Shown in pieces: positions 50,893 to 63,407 of a DNA stretch of 64,000 nucleotides. Origin of the DNA: Octopus bimaculoides (lineage: Eukaryota); assembly GCF_001194135.2 (NCBI RefSeq), contig NC_069006.1, positions 16,233,993 to 16,297,992 on the forward strand, read 5' to 3'. The notes under the pieces are model-generated. The model did no database searches, had not been told where the DNA came from, and saw only the letters and a program-made list of their open reading frames with translations. A program made the position numbers and the translations under genes. Position 1 is the stretch's first letter. Each line of letters opens with the position of its first letter.

Positions 50893-51276
50893 GTGGAGGC
50901 GCAATGGCCCAGTGGTTAGGGCAGCGGACTCGCGGTCATAGGATCGCGGTTTCGATTCCTAGACCAGGCGTTGTGAGTGTTTATTGAGCGAAAACACCTA
51001 AAGCTCCATGAGGCTCCGGCAGGAGATGGTGGCGAACCCTGCTGTACTCTTTCACCACAACTTTCTCTCACCCTTTCTTCCTGTTTCTGTTGTGCCTGTA
51101 ATTCAAAAGGTCAGCCTTGTCACACTGTGTCACGCTGAATATCCCCGAGAACTACGTTAAGGGTACACGTGTCTGTGGAGTGCTCAGCCACTTGCACGTT
51201 AATTTCACGAGCAGGCTGTTCCGTTGATCGGATCAACTGGAACCGTCGTCGTCGTAAGCAACGGAGTGCCAACAAC
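50893..51276 (+). mobile_element. Full-length SINE family C with (AAC)n tail and 10-bp TSD
   Basis: TSD ATACATTATT at 50883-50892 and 51277-51286; tRNA-like head with TGGCCCAGTGG and GTTTCGATTCC. Confidence 0.95.
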
Positions 51277-52133
51277 ATACATTATTAGTGATATCTACCT
51301 AAAGTTGTTTGTATAATGTTCCCCATTCTGGGAAAATATCATTTAGTAAAAGATTCCTTCATTTCTTTAAATTTCATTTTGACATTTTCCAGTGTTCCTA
51401 GACATTTGTACGGTTCTTTCTATATTTAGTGATTTTATTCCAGTACCTTTTATGGATTTCTCTAACTTCACTTCTATTAAAGAATATTCCCCAATTCTGA
51501 ATGTCATCCCAATGTCGTTACTAAATATTCTTGTAGTTTGCATCAAGGCATCCAGCAGGTGCTTGTGTTTACCGAAAAGCTTTAAATGATCAATCCATAA
51601 ATAGGAAACGATCCCCTTTCCCCCTATTCTTTCCCAGTGAGTATTCTTTCTTATTTTTATTTATTCATTTATCTTTTTCTTTGTATAATCAAAACAGAGA
51701 ACATTGCAATTACACTGCTGCCACCGCCACCAGCAGCAGCACTACCACCACCACCACCATCATCATTATCACCATTGTTATAAACATTTAATAAAGCAGC
51801 CAGAAAACTTTATTGTTTATAGATGAGACGCCACATCATTTTTTTTTCTGATCACTGTTTGGTCTAATGTTTTCACTTCTGCATAAAAATATCAACATTG
51901 TTTGAGACATCATCCATTTTCATGCAGCAGCAGCAACGGAAGTATTTGAAAGAGAGAAAAGAGAAGAAAAGGAAGGACAGAGACCTGGAAGTAAGAAAAG
52001 ACAGGGAAGAGAGAGAGAGAGAGAAAAGAGAAAATAGGCAGGAAAAAAGAATGGAAAAGAGAAACGTGGAAGGAAAGAAAGACGGAAAAAGACAAGAAGA
52101 GATGAGAGAGCGGGGGAAAGGCACAAAGAGAGA

Positions 52134-52171
<38 letters not shown>

Positions 52172-52429
52172 TACATACATACATACACACATACTTCCTA
52201 GCAGCTATTTTCATATTTCATGAGTTGTTGTTAATACTTAATTCCAGGCTGCATCTGCTGACCTGAGCAACTGCATCTTGCGATATAGTTTTGAAACTAT
52301 AACTGCTGCAGTGGTCAGTATGAGGATGTAAACCTTTTTTTTTTTTTTGCAAGTCTGCAGTTGCTACCAGCCTACTGGTTTGCTCCTACCAATTTAAAAA
52401 CAATGTTGCACCCTCTAGATGTCACCCCG

Positions 52430-52770
52430 GCCTACAAATTTTGGCACAAAGCCAGCTACTTTGGGGGCAAGTGGTAAGTCAATTACATTAACCCCCAGTG
52501 CTCATTTTATCAACCCTGAAAGGATGAAAGGTAAAGCAGATCTCAATGGAATTTGAACTGAGAATTTTGCTATATGGCCAGTAATTTTGGGGGTAGGTGG
52601 CAAAGTTGATTACATTGACCCCAGTGCTTGACTGGTGCTTACATAATCGACCCCCAAAAGGGTGAAAGGCAAATCAATCTCAGCAGAAATGAAACCCAGA
52701 AAGTAAAAACAGACAAAATGCTACTAAGCCTTTTTGCCTGGCACTGTAACAATTCTGCCAGCTCACTGCA
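52430..52770 (-). mobile_element. Two SINE family B copies in tandem
   Basis: Two ACATT.ACCCCAGTGCT...GAAAGG.AAA cores. Confidence 0.75.
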
Positions 52771-52839
52771 GCAGCAGCAGCAGCAGTAGTAGTAGTGGTG
52801 GTGGTGGTGGTGGTGGTGGTGGTGGTGGTGGTAGTAGTG

Positions 52840-52877
<38 letters not shown>

Positions 52878-52900
52878 NNNNNNNNNNTAGCAGCAACAAC
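52770..52900. repeat. Compound CAG/TAG/GGT trinucleotide tract
   Basis: Directly visible triplet runs. Confidence 0.95.
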
Positions 52901-53859
52901 AGCAGTGCTGTATGTACTGAATGAAGTACTTTCTATATGATAATAGAAAAAAAAAAAAAAAAAAAACAAATATAAAACACTGCATGTACCCAAGACACAG
53001 ATCTGCACTAAGTTGTACCAGTGAAATATATATAACAACAACAATATTTACAATAATAATAATAAAACAATACAACTGTGCAAACAAAGGTATCAAACAT
53101 CTTGCTCTTCAGCTAGTTCTCTTGTTGCTCATTAATAATGCAAGAATACTCATATTCACCACAATCATTTCCAGTGAAACACTTCAACTGCCATTCGGTT
53201 TCAGTCGATTATGAAGCTATAGCCCTGTCACATCTTGAAAATGTAATTTTCTATTCAATCTTCCGTTTGTTCTCTCTCTCTGATCTCATCTACTTAACAC
53301 AATGCCGCCCCTTATGAGGAGCCATGCGAGTATAAGAGGTGGATGTAATAACATTAAAGATTTTGTCCTTTCCTATCTTAGCTACAAAACAAAATAAGAC
53401 CAAACACTTTCATAGTCATTGCATAATTGTTAATACTTAACTCTAAGGTATATTAATAACATACCTTTTCTTTGTTTTGTTTTTTTTTGTCTATGTCTGT
53501 CGATGTAATCATGGTTGTGTGTTTCATTCACTCACTCAATGTCCTACTAACACAGGTTAGACAGAGAGTTATTTGAGGTAGGATTTACAGCCAGATGCTT
53601 ATCCTGAAGTCAACTGTTACCTCAGCCAGCTGTAAAACAATGCCTCAATATAAAATAATAATAATCATAGAATTGTCTAACCCATGAAATGGACATAAAA
53701 ACCATCATGTCAACCAAATCAACTCACAAGGCTCTGGTCAGCCTGAGGTTATAGGAGAAAGTAATTGCAGTGGGACTGAACCTGGAACCATGTGGTTGGG
53801 AAACAAGCTTCTTACCGCACAGTCATGTCTGCGCCTGTTTTATATATATATATATATAT

Positions 53860-54074
53860 TGCCAGTACAGCCTGACTGGCCTTCTTGCGGGTGACACGTA
53901 AAAGCACCCACTACACTCTCTGAGTGGTTGGCGTTAGGAAGGGCATCCAGCTGTAGAAACCCTGCCAGATCAGATTGGAGCTTGGTGTAGCCATCTGGTT
54001 TCACCAGTCCTCAGTCAAATCGTCCAACCCATGCTAGCATGGAAAGCGGACGTTAAACGATGATGATGATGATG

Positions 54075-54075
<1 letters not shown>
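53860..54075 (+). mobile_element. RTE 3' tail (family D, young) with (GAT)n end
   Basis: ...CCAACCCATGCTAGCATGGAAAGCGGACGTTAAACGATGATGATG. Confidence 0.9.
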
Positions 54076-54133
<58 letters not shown>

Positions 54134-54558
54134 AGGGATACACACATATACAGAATATATAATGTGTGTGTGTTTGTGTGTGTGTGCAGGATATGCATGC
54201 ATATATTTATACAAGCCTGCTTAGAGATTTATTTTCTCCTTCACTGTATTTCACAACAAAAGTTGCCCACACATGCTTTGCCCACAGTAAATTGCAAAAG
54301 ATCCAACAACAGTGCTTCCTGTTTATATAAGGCTTTCAAACTCACACAGAAAAAAAAAAAACCATTCAAGTCCCACAATAAAGCACAACAGGCATCTAAT
54401 GCAGTGCAATGCCACTATCAACATCACCATCACCATCACCATCACCGCCACCACTTGAGGAGGAGGTGGAAGGGGAGGAGGCATGATGCATTAAATGAGA
54501 TACTGTTGAATATAACATTTTATAAATAAATAAAAATAGCAAGTAGATATATAAAATA

Positions 54559-54595
<37 letters not shown>

Positions 54596-54707
54596 GTGGA
54601 ATAAATGAGTAAATAAATTGTCAGCTGCAAAGCACCGTCTACTGCATATTAACAATGCAACATGCTGCAGCAGCTGCTGGTGTTTTTGATATTATTGTTC
54701 CTGTTAG

Positions 54708-54786
54708 GATACAGACATGCAATACTATCTGACTGTAGGCATTGTTCATTCAGCACCAGAGCCTGCAATAACTTTGAAGGCTTTCA
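54708..54786 (+). CDS. Candidate 79-nt internal exon (unconfirmed)
   Basis: TTGTTCCTGTTAG acceptor and CA|GTAAGG donor; two frames are open (DTDMQYYLTVGIVHSAPEPAITLKAF or GYRHAILSDCRHCSFSTRACNNFEGF); no homology recognised. Confidence 0.22.
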
Positions 54787-54824
54787 GTAAGGATATGGCC
54801 CAGATAACAATAACAACTACGTCT

Positions 54825-55290
54825 GATTTAAGCACAGAGCCAACAATTTTTAAGAAGAGGAGTCCAGCTGATTAAATTAACCCCAGTACTAGACGGGTAT
54901 TTTATTTTATTGATCCTGGAGAGATAAAAGGCAAGGCTAACTCTGGTGGGATTTGAACTTCAGAATATAAAATTTTAACAAACGTTGCAAAGCAGTTCTC
55001 CCAATGCTCTAACAATCCTGCTCGCTCACTGCACTTATTGATTTCAAATTTTGGCACAAAGTCAGCAATTTCAAGGAAGGCTATAAGCCAATTGCATTGA
55101 CCCCCAGTGTTCAACTGGTCCCTTATTTTATCAACCTTGAAAAGAAGAAAGGCAAAGTCGGCCTCGGCAGAATTTGAACTCAAAACATAAAGATGGACAA
55201 ACTGCCACTAAGCACTTTTTGTTCGGTCAGCTCACCACTCTTATTAATGATAATAATCATTGTTTCTAATCTTGGAACAAGGCCAGCAAT
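54825..55290 (-). mobile_element. SINE family B copies or fragments in tandem
   Basis: GGCAAAGTCGGCCTCGGCAGAATTTGAACTC core and repeated tails. Confidence 0.7.
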
Positions 55291-55309
55291 CTTGAAGGAA
55301 AGGGGTCAG

Positions 55310-55483
55310 TTTATACCTTCTGATGAGCCAAGTAGCATCATGTCACCTGCAAATATCAGCCAACCGACTCTAGTCACTGATTAGGATGCCACATCCACAA
55401 TAGCTGAGCATGTCAATCCAGTTCATAAAAATTACGAAAAGGAGAGGAGAAAGTATACAACCCTGCCTAAGTCCAACACTCAT
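55310..55483 (-). mobile_element. Rex3/RTE-type reverse transcriptase fragment
   Basis: VGLRQGCILSPLLFVIFMNWID...(frameshift)LIFAGDMMLLGSSEG: RT motifs QGCxLSPxLF and decayed FADD. Confidence 0.8.
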
Positions 55484-55484
55484 C

Positions 55485-55660
55485 TTTTATTTGTTTCAGT
55501 TATTTTGACTGCAGCCAAGCTGGGGCACCAGGACTTCTTTTTTTTTCTAAAGCCTAGTACGTATTCTATCAGTCATGTTTGCCAAACCGCTAAGTTATGA
55601 AGACATAAAAACACACCAACACTGGTTGTCAAGCAACGGTGGTGGGACAAACACAGACAC
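55485..55660 (-). mobile_element. SINE family A, 3' half
   Basis: TTTGACTGCAGCCAAGCTGGGGCACC...CCGCTAAGTTATG...GGTTGTCAAGCAACG. Confidence 0.8.
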
Positions 55661-55973
55661 AAAGAGAGAGAGAGAGAGAGAGAGCAGGGCGAGATACACA
55701 CACATATGTCCACATGTGCACACACACACATTAAAATTATATAAAGCTTGTCAAGTTCACCTTATTTCTCCATAGACTGAAAACGTGAGGGACAGTTTTA
55801 ATCTATTTTAACCCTTAATGAGAGCTCATAAATGTTTTGTACTATTAGGTTAGCAGCAGGCTTTAAACAGAGGAGCAGTGTGGGAGAATTTCTGAGAAGT
55901 AAATTAACTCCTTTAACAGCATGTAATTATTGAAATTTTGAGAAATGACAAGTGTAGTAATAAACGGGTGATG

Positions 55974-56023
55974 GCAGGAGGGGTGTGAGAAGGGCAGGAG
56001 GGGTGTGAGAAGGGCAGGAGGGG
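55974..56023. repeat. G-rich 20-bp minisatellite (GGCAGGAGGGGTGTGAGAAG) running into an N gap
   Basis: About 2.5 visible copies before the gap. Confidence 0.75.
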
Positions 56024-56861
56024 NNNNNNNNNNNNNNNNNNNNNNNNNNNNNNNNNNNNNNNNNNNNNNNNNNNNNNNNNNNNNNNNNNNNNNNNNNNNN
56101 NNNNNNNNNNNNNNNNNNNNNNNNNNNNNNNNNNNNNNNNNNNNNNNNNNNNNNNNNNNNNNNNNNNNNNNNNNNNNNNNNNNNNNNNNNNNNNNNNNNN
56201 NNNNNNNNNNNNNNNNNNNNNNNNNNNNNNNNNNNNNNNNNNNNNNNNNNNNNNNNNNNNNNNNNNNNNNNNNNNNNNNNNNNNNNNNNNNNNNNNNNNN
56301 NNNNNNNNNNNNNNNNNNNNNNNNNNNNNNNNNNNNNNNNNNNNNNNNNNNNNNNNNNNNNNNNNNNNNNNNNNNGTGGATGATGATAGCAATGACATTA
56401 ATGATGGTCACTTCACTGCCCTTGATTACAGCAATGAAGCTTCAATGACAATGGTGGTGGTGGTGGTGGTGGTGGTAGTTTGGTAAATACTGACTGACTG
56501 TCTGTGTTGATATTAACCATAACACTATATTGGTGATGACAATGGCACTGATGACAATGGCACTGATGACAGATAGTGATTACTACAACAACACGGCTGG
56601 CAGTGGTGATGGTAATGTGGAAGAATTCCATTAGAGACCAAAAAAAAAAAACTATCACTGATAGAACAGACTAAAGACTTCTATGTTCTGTAAAACAACA
56701 GTTAGTAATTGCATACAAATATTTAAACTGGAGAAGAAATAAATATTCACAAAAAAAGGTAGCATAAGAAATGAGCTAATGAAGGAGCTCAACATGCAAG
56801 AAATAGCAGTCAAATCGCACTCTACTATCTTGGGAAAGGGAGAGACACATTGGATAATGAA

Positions 56862-57165
56862 TCATCATCATCATCATCATCGTTTAACGTCCGCTTTCCA
56901 TGCTAGCATGGGTTGGACGATTTGACTGAGGACTGGTGAAACCAGATGGCTACACCAGGTTCCAATCTGATTTGGCAGAGTTTCTACAGCTGGATGCCCT
57001 TCCTAACGCCAACCACTCAGAGAGTGTAGTGGGTGCTTTTACGTGCCTCCGGCACGAAGGCCAGTCAGGCGGTACTGGCAACGGCCACGCTCAAAATGGT
57101 GTATTATATGTGCCACCCGCACAAGAGCCAGTCCAGGGGCACTGGCAACAATCTCGCTCGAAATG
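56862..57165 (-). mobile_element. RTE 3' UTR (family D, young)
   Basis: (ATC)n-GTTTAACGTCCGCTTTCCATGCTAGC... Confidence 0.9.
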
Positions 57166-57385
57166 TAATCTTTAATGTGAAATAACTGAGAGAAGGATGA
57201 AATAGTTGTGGCTGGATCATAGGCCTGCTCAGTATAATCTCAAATATCACACAACCATGTTAGAGTACAACCTAAAAATATTACATGACCTCTTCTTAGG
57301 AAGCAGAACCTCATGAAGGAGATGACAAAGAACCACAAGCGGTAGGACACTATGCTGAAATAAAACTCATATAAACCATCCATTA

Positions 57386-57775
57386 GTGGAGGAGCAATGG
57401 CCCAGTGGTTAGGGCAGTGGACTCGCGGTCATAGGATCGCGATTTCGATTCTCAGACTGGGTGTTGTGAGTGTTTATTGAGCGAAAACACTTAAAGCTCC
57501 ACGAGGCTCCAGCAGGGGGTGGGGTGGCGAACCCTGGTGTACTCTTCCACCACAGCTTTCTCTCACTCTTACTTCCTGTTTCTGTTGTGCCTGTATTTCA
57601 AAGGGGGCAGCCTTGTCACACTGTGTCACGCTGAATATCCCCGAGAACTACGTTAAGGGTACACGTGTCTGTGGAGTGTTCAGGCACTTGCACGTTAATT
57701 TCACGAGCAGGCTGTTCCGTTGATCGGATCGACTGGAACCCTCGACGTCGTAAGCGACGGAGTGCCAACAATAAC
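57386..57775 (+). mobile_element. Full-length SINE family C with 13-bp TSD
   Basis: TSD AAACCATCCATTA at 57373-57385 and 57776-57788. Confidence 0.95.
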
Positions 57776-58260
57776 AAACCATCCATTATACAATAATTAA
57801 TGCAAACTGATGATGATATTTGCTCTATACATACTGAAAACAGTCATGTACTACAGTAAAGCTCTCAGCTTATTCTTCAGTAGCTCTGTGCCAGACATCA
57901 CCAGAAGAGAAGAACTGCTGTTGAGAAGTTGGTGACATCACGATGAATCTAGTTAGCAACTGATTGATGAGAAAGGAATGTATGTAGATAAATTGTTTTA
58001 TTTATAATGCTTTCTATATAATTGCCAAGTTAGTCATTCATTATATTCATTATATACATGTATGGCTTATTTAGTCACAATGCAATTCTACTGAACAACT
58101 AGTGTACAATCTTGTATATTTACTGAGAAAGATTATCTATTATAACTACTTCAGTAAATGCAGTAAAGTCCAAGCTTTACTGATAAAGGTTCTCAAATAT
58201 TTCTTATCCATACAATTTTTTTTTCTGTTGGACCCTCATAACCATTCAATATTTAAAAGC

Positions 58261-58675
58261 TAGGAGTGGCTGTGTGGTAAGTAGCTTGCTTACCAACCAC
58301 ATGGTTCCGGGTTCAGTCCCACTGCGAAGCACCTTGGGCAAGTGTTTTCTACTATAGCCTTGGGCCGACCAAAGCCTTGTGAGTGGATTTGGTAGACGGA
58401 AACTGAAAGAAGCCTGTCATATATATGTATATATATATGTATATGTATGTGTGTATGCATTTGTGTGTCTGTGTTTGTCCCGCCAACATCGCTTGACAAC
58501 TGATGCTGGTGTGTTTACGTCCCCCGTAACTTAGCGGTTCGGCAAACGAGTTCGATAGAATAAGTACTAGGCTTCCAAAGAATAAGTCCTGGGGTCGATT
58601 TGCTCGACTAAAGGAGGTGCTCCAGCATGGCTGCAGTCAAATGACTGAAACAAGTAAAAGAGTAAAGAGTAAAAG
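58261..58675 (+). mobile_element. Full-length SINE family A
   Basis: Complete head, internal (TA/TG)n and AGTAAA-repeat tail. Confidence 0.93.
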
Positions 58676-58769
58676 AGATTCACTTGTGTAGGTTGAACTT
58701 TGTAAACATTAGAGAAAGAAGCCTAACTGTTTCTTGCAATACATATATCTAAAGCAAAATCTTTTCAGG

Positions 58770-58894
58770 GGTCTTTAAAATACTATTGTGGTTCCCCAGT
58801 TTATCATTTTGTTGCATGGACCCCCACCCAAAAGAAAATCTTAAATCTTATATGGACCCTCAGGGGCCATATAAACACTGGTTGAGAACCACTG
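58770..58894. mobile_element. hAT (Charlie-like) MITE right end
   Basis: Terminal GGTTGAGAACCACTG with subterminal GGACCC motifs; left end unclear. Confidence 0.5.
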
Positions 58895-59115
58895 AAGACA
58901 GAAACATGTTCAGAGTTGCTCTCCTAGTACTTCCTGAAATGAAATGATATCATTCTATGACAAATACCTTTTCCTCACAGTCTAATTATTTCCAATAAGC
59001 TCTTTTATGCTCCAAGCATTAAAATATGTCAACATGCTGGAACAATCCCTGTAACTTAGCAGTTAGAGAGACCAATAAAATAAGTACGAGATATTCAGAA
59101 AACTGTAGTTAATGT

Positions 59116-59263
59116 AATAGAGTTATTAATATTTCTAAGTCTCTCTAAAGGAGACTACGGCAGCGGTACTGGAAATTAATAGTTATCGCCAAGCCAACAA
59201 GGCAGTCCCAGCTTTCGTCCTAATTTTGGGACTGCCATGTTGGCTTGGCGATAACTATTAATT
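59116..59263 (-). mobile_element. Short lopsided palindromic element P3 inserted in a decayed SINE A
   Basis: 38-bp arms 59173-59210 and 59227-59264 (1 mismatch), 16-nt loop, 57-bp one-sided extension; TSD TGTAG(T/C)TAATGT at 59104-59115 and 59264-59275. Confidence 0.75.
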
Positions 59264-59477
59264 TGTAGCTAATGTGTTTGACTAAAAAAGATCTTCAAGC
59301 TGGTGCCCCAGCATGACTGCAACCTAAAGGCTGAAACATGTCATAAATACATATACACACATAGTGGGTGTAAGTAAAAGAAGAGAGACAGAGAGAGAGA
59401 CAGACAGAGATGAATTATGAAGTATTCAATTTGTTTAGTTACTTCTGCTTAAGAAATAATATGATACCAGTGTAGAT

Positions 59478-59533
<56 letters not shown>

Positions 59534-60254
59534 CAAATAAAAAATAAAAAGAGATAACGTGCACACAGAGCAATATAGCTGATTCTCTATTAGAAACAAA
59601 ACAAAGAGAAAAGAGGCCGATTTTTGAGTCTCTAGTCATGACAGAGATACAATCGATTTTTCAATGGAATGTGTAAGACTGATTTCCTAAACAAAGAAAA
59701 TAGAACTGATTTGCTGGCGACCTTACCAAACACATCACATGGCATTTCAATACTTTCGGAAGGGATGATGTTATGGATTACAATACAGATGTGATTTCTG
59801 ACAAAAGAACCAACTTTACAAGAAATGGGGAGAGACAAGACAATACAAACAATAATATGTAAAACATCTTTGCAACAATGTACTAATATGTAATAGCAGA
59901 ATTCTTAAATCATCTCAATGCAAAATAATGAGAAATGAAAAATTAATTTTTATTTTATTTTTTCATTTTTTTTCACTTTTTTTTTTTTTCTGATTTCTTT
60001 AAAATATTGAGATTAATCTTTTCAGAGGGATTTCCATAATTTTCATCAATGATTTTTTGGTTTGGAAAAAAAGTATATCATCCCTACTTGAATCACACAC
60101 TATTTATAACATTTTAACTGACAAAACACAATCTCACAGCAATGATACAAATAAGAAATGTGCACACGCATACACACACACAAGTGTGTGCATGCATACA
60201 TGCAAGCAGTTACAAAGAAAATTAAAAAAAACAAATTTATAAGACCAATCTTTT

Positions 60255-60570
60255 ATCTTTTACTTGTTACAGTCATTTAACCGTGACTATGTTGGGGCAT
60301 CATATTGCAGGGTTTTAGTCAAACAAATCAACCCCAGGACATATTATTTTTCTCTTTTTCTATTGGTCTCTTTAGCCAAACTTCTAAGTTACAGGGATGT
60401 AAATACACCAACACCAGCTGTCAAATGGTGGTGGGGAACAAATACAGACACAAAGACATACAAACATATATATATATATACAAACAAAAAGGTTTCTTTT
60501 AGCTTCTGTCTACCAAATCTCCTCACAAGTCTTTATTCAGCCCAAGGCTATAGTAGAAGACACTTTGCCC
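60255..60570 (-). mobile_element. SINE family A, decayed
   Basis: CCCCAGGAC...AAGTTACAGGGATGTAAATACACC...CAAGGCTATAGTAGAAGACACTTTGCCC. Confidence 0.8.
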
Positions 60571-61398
60571 CACATTTTCCTGGGTCTACTCCTTCCACAT
60601 GTTCCCTCCACAATTAGAGATCAGCACCTCTTGATATAACTGACATTTTATAGAAATATTAAACTACCCCAGGACTTGACAGGCATTTTATTTACTTTAT
60701 CTTATCAGCCTGCAATGAATGAAAAACAAATTTTATCTTGGTAGGATTTGAACTCAGAACATAAATAGCACAACTGAATACCACAACCAAGTTTAGCCAC
60801 TGCTCCAATGATTCTACGAAATTCAGTTTGGTGGGTAGAAAAAGGTTTCCAGTCACAGTCACAGAATTCAGTGTAAACAATCAGTTCTAAAGCACATTAG
60901 CTTCCAAGATATTTTCTTTTTTAAATGTAAACAAAAAAAAATAAATAAATAGAAAAACTTAGAACCAAAGAATGAAAATAAAGTTATTATCCATGAAAAA
61001 TATGACAGAAAAAAATAATCTATATAATTCTTTCTTTTTTTTTTTTCTTATTAATTTTCCATTGGAAACATGACTATAAATATATATAGAGTCTTGGTAT
61101 CCATGCAAAAGAATGGCATGATGTCATAACAGCATAAAACCAGCATACATTCACATATATTTTATCACACAAACAAACTAACAGACAAACACACACACAC
61201 ACCATTTGACAATTTGTTAGGGGGTAACCAAGCAGAAGATTATGTGATGCTGTAAGGGTGTTAAGACCCAGTCACATACATTCATTCACACACACATACA
61301 CACAAACAGAGACAAGTTGTTGAAGGAGTAACCAAGCACAAGATTATGTGATACCATAATGGTAGTGTACAACCAGCTCACATATTCACATACATTTT

Positions 61399-61433
<35 letters not shown>

Positions 61434-61497
61434 GCAATATTCAAGCAATTCAGTATATCTTTATCTGGTAATTTTTCCAGCTTGCTACTGTATGAAT

Positions 61498-61876
61498 GTT
61501 GTTGTTGTTGGCACTCCGTCGAGGGTTCCAGTTGATCTGATCAACGGAACAGCCTGCTCGTGAAATTAACGTGCAAGTGGCTGAGCACTCCACAGACACG
61601 TGTACCCTTAACATAGTTCTCAGGGATATTCAGCGTGACACAGTGTGACAAGGCTGGCCCCTTTGAATTACAGGTACAACAGAAACAGGAAGTAAGAGTG
61701 AGAGAAAGTTGTGGTGGAAGAGTACAGCAGGGTTTGCCACCATCCCCTGCTGGAGCCTCGTGGAGCTTTAGGTGTTTTCGCTCAATAAACACTCACAACG
61801 CCCGGTCTGGGAATCGAAACCGAGATCCTATGACCGCGACTCCGCTGCCCTAACCACTGGGCCATTGCGCCTCCAC
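61498..61876 (-). mobile_element. Full-length SINE family C with 11-bp TSD
   Basis: TSD ACTGTATGAAT at 61487-61497 and 61877-61887; small deletion near the 3' end relative to the other copies. Confidence 0.95.
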
Positions 61877-62504
61877 ACTGTATGAATAAATTTATACCAA
61901 GCCAATGAGAGAAACTTTAAAAGACCAACAAGACTTGTAAATTCAACAAAATGAGAATAAAAAGTAGTTTTCAGGTTTTTCTTTTCTTCCCCCAACAGAG
62001 TTGCTCAACACATGTCATAATAGAAATGGATTTGTGAAATTGATACTAAATATAAGAGATGGGTTAAAAAAAAAAAATTCTAATCTATGCCTGCATTTCC
62101 CCAAACACTTATTTGCACTAAATTTTTTATGTCACTGTTTAGCCACAATCATCTCTGTTCAAGCAGACCTCCTGTGATCAAAAGCATTTCTTCCAGCTGT
62201 TACCAACACGTCACTTTGTATGTCTTAGATTGAAAACAGTAGGATATGATTTGGGGGCATTTAGCTGTTATTTCTAACAGCCTAACTGAGTCTTCTGAAA
62301 TATTGATTTCTGACTTAATCACAAAGTCAACGAATTACTTTCTATAGTAAAGCGGATATAGACAATTTATACAAATACTAGCACTTCTTACTTTATGTTC
62401 CCTAGAACAAAAGGCAAACTCCATACCAACAGGGTAATACTGGTCTGTAACATAGAAAACCACAAAAATCTTCATGGGATATATACAGCCAATCATACTG
62501 GTTT

Positions 62505-62695
62505 CAAATTTTAGCACAAGGCTAGCAGTTTTGGGGAAGGGGATAAGTCGATTACATCAATCCCAGTGTTTCACTGGTACTTATTTTACCGACCCTAAAA
62601 GGATGAAAGGCAAGTCAACCTCAGCAGAATTTGAACTCAGAATGTAATGCTTCTAAGCATTTTGTCCATCTTCTTAACAATTCTACCAGCTTGCT
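62505..62695 (-). mobile_element. SINE family B
   Basis: GGATAAGTCGATTACATC...GGATGAAAGGCAAGTCAACCTCAGCAGAATTTGAACTCAG. Confidence 0.85.
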
Positions 62696-63407
62696 GTTTT
62701 ATACCACCAGTAAGTGTATTGCGCGAGTATTTGCCTACATGTGTGTGTAGATGTGTGTGTGCATGTGTGCTCTTGGTTATAAGTTTTATCTGTACGTGTT
62801 TATATATTTGCGGTGTGTGTGTCCATAGTTGCATATGCTTGTTTGGATATGAATGTATTTGTGTTGTAAATATGTCTTAAAAAATCTTACTTCTTCTTAG
62901 AAGGCTTGTTTCAATGTCATAAAAAACATTACCCAGTTTTCTAAATTCTCAAACTGGCAGAACCATCCTCAATCACAACGGACGAATTAAGATCATGGCA
63001 GCTGCTGATAATGTACAGAGCATCCTAATACTCATTACTGGGACTTCCTTTTTCCAAGGGACTTTCTCTTTCACAAGCATCATACTACTGTTACAAAGGA
63101 GAGAATGAGGTTCTAGCTAATATGATAATATGTTGCACAACATTATTATAGTTTGGTAGGCAATATCTTCAGTGAATGGAAGAAATAATCTGATAAGTAT
63201 AATTTAAAATGGTACGACTCAAAATACTGTTCTCTAGTTCTGCAAAAGAAAATGAATAATGGATCCATGATTAATTCTAATGAGAAATTATGTTCATTGA
63301 TCACGTGACTGGTATTATGCAAGCTGCACATTTTTATTTTTGGCACACTTTACAGTGAGGTAGACTATATAAACTGGTGAGTGAATGCATGGTTGCCAAT
63401 TGGACAG

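Larger units (their letters stand above)
50100..51650 (-). mobile_element. R4/Dong-clade LINE remnant (RT fragment plus probable 3' UTR), interrupted by a SINE C
   Basis: ISYLWIDHLKLFGK...TTRIFSNDIGMTF...KCLGTLE...MKESFTK*YF..., then EIIGWRKDELKDDNRKTKQQL; matches SHLLYMDDLKL...FS.DIGM.FG...YKYLGILE...W...EL...DRKTRKLL. Confidence 0.75.

Noticed and set aside
50893-50965. tRNA genes suggested by A/B boxes (also at 4373, 21008, 57386, 58261)
   Set aside because: Each box pair continues into a multicopy SINE body, several with TSDs; no complete cloverleaf is evident.
55318-55347. 30-nt minus-strand mini-exon (GDMMLLGSSE)
   Set aside because: It is better explained as the decayed FADD region of a Rex3/RTE reverse transcriptase fragment.
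62880-63110. Open frame GRTILNHNGRIKIMAAADNV...
   Set aside because: No convincing splice sites or recognisable domain; the weak likeness to an RT YADD motif is not supported by flanking motifs.
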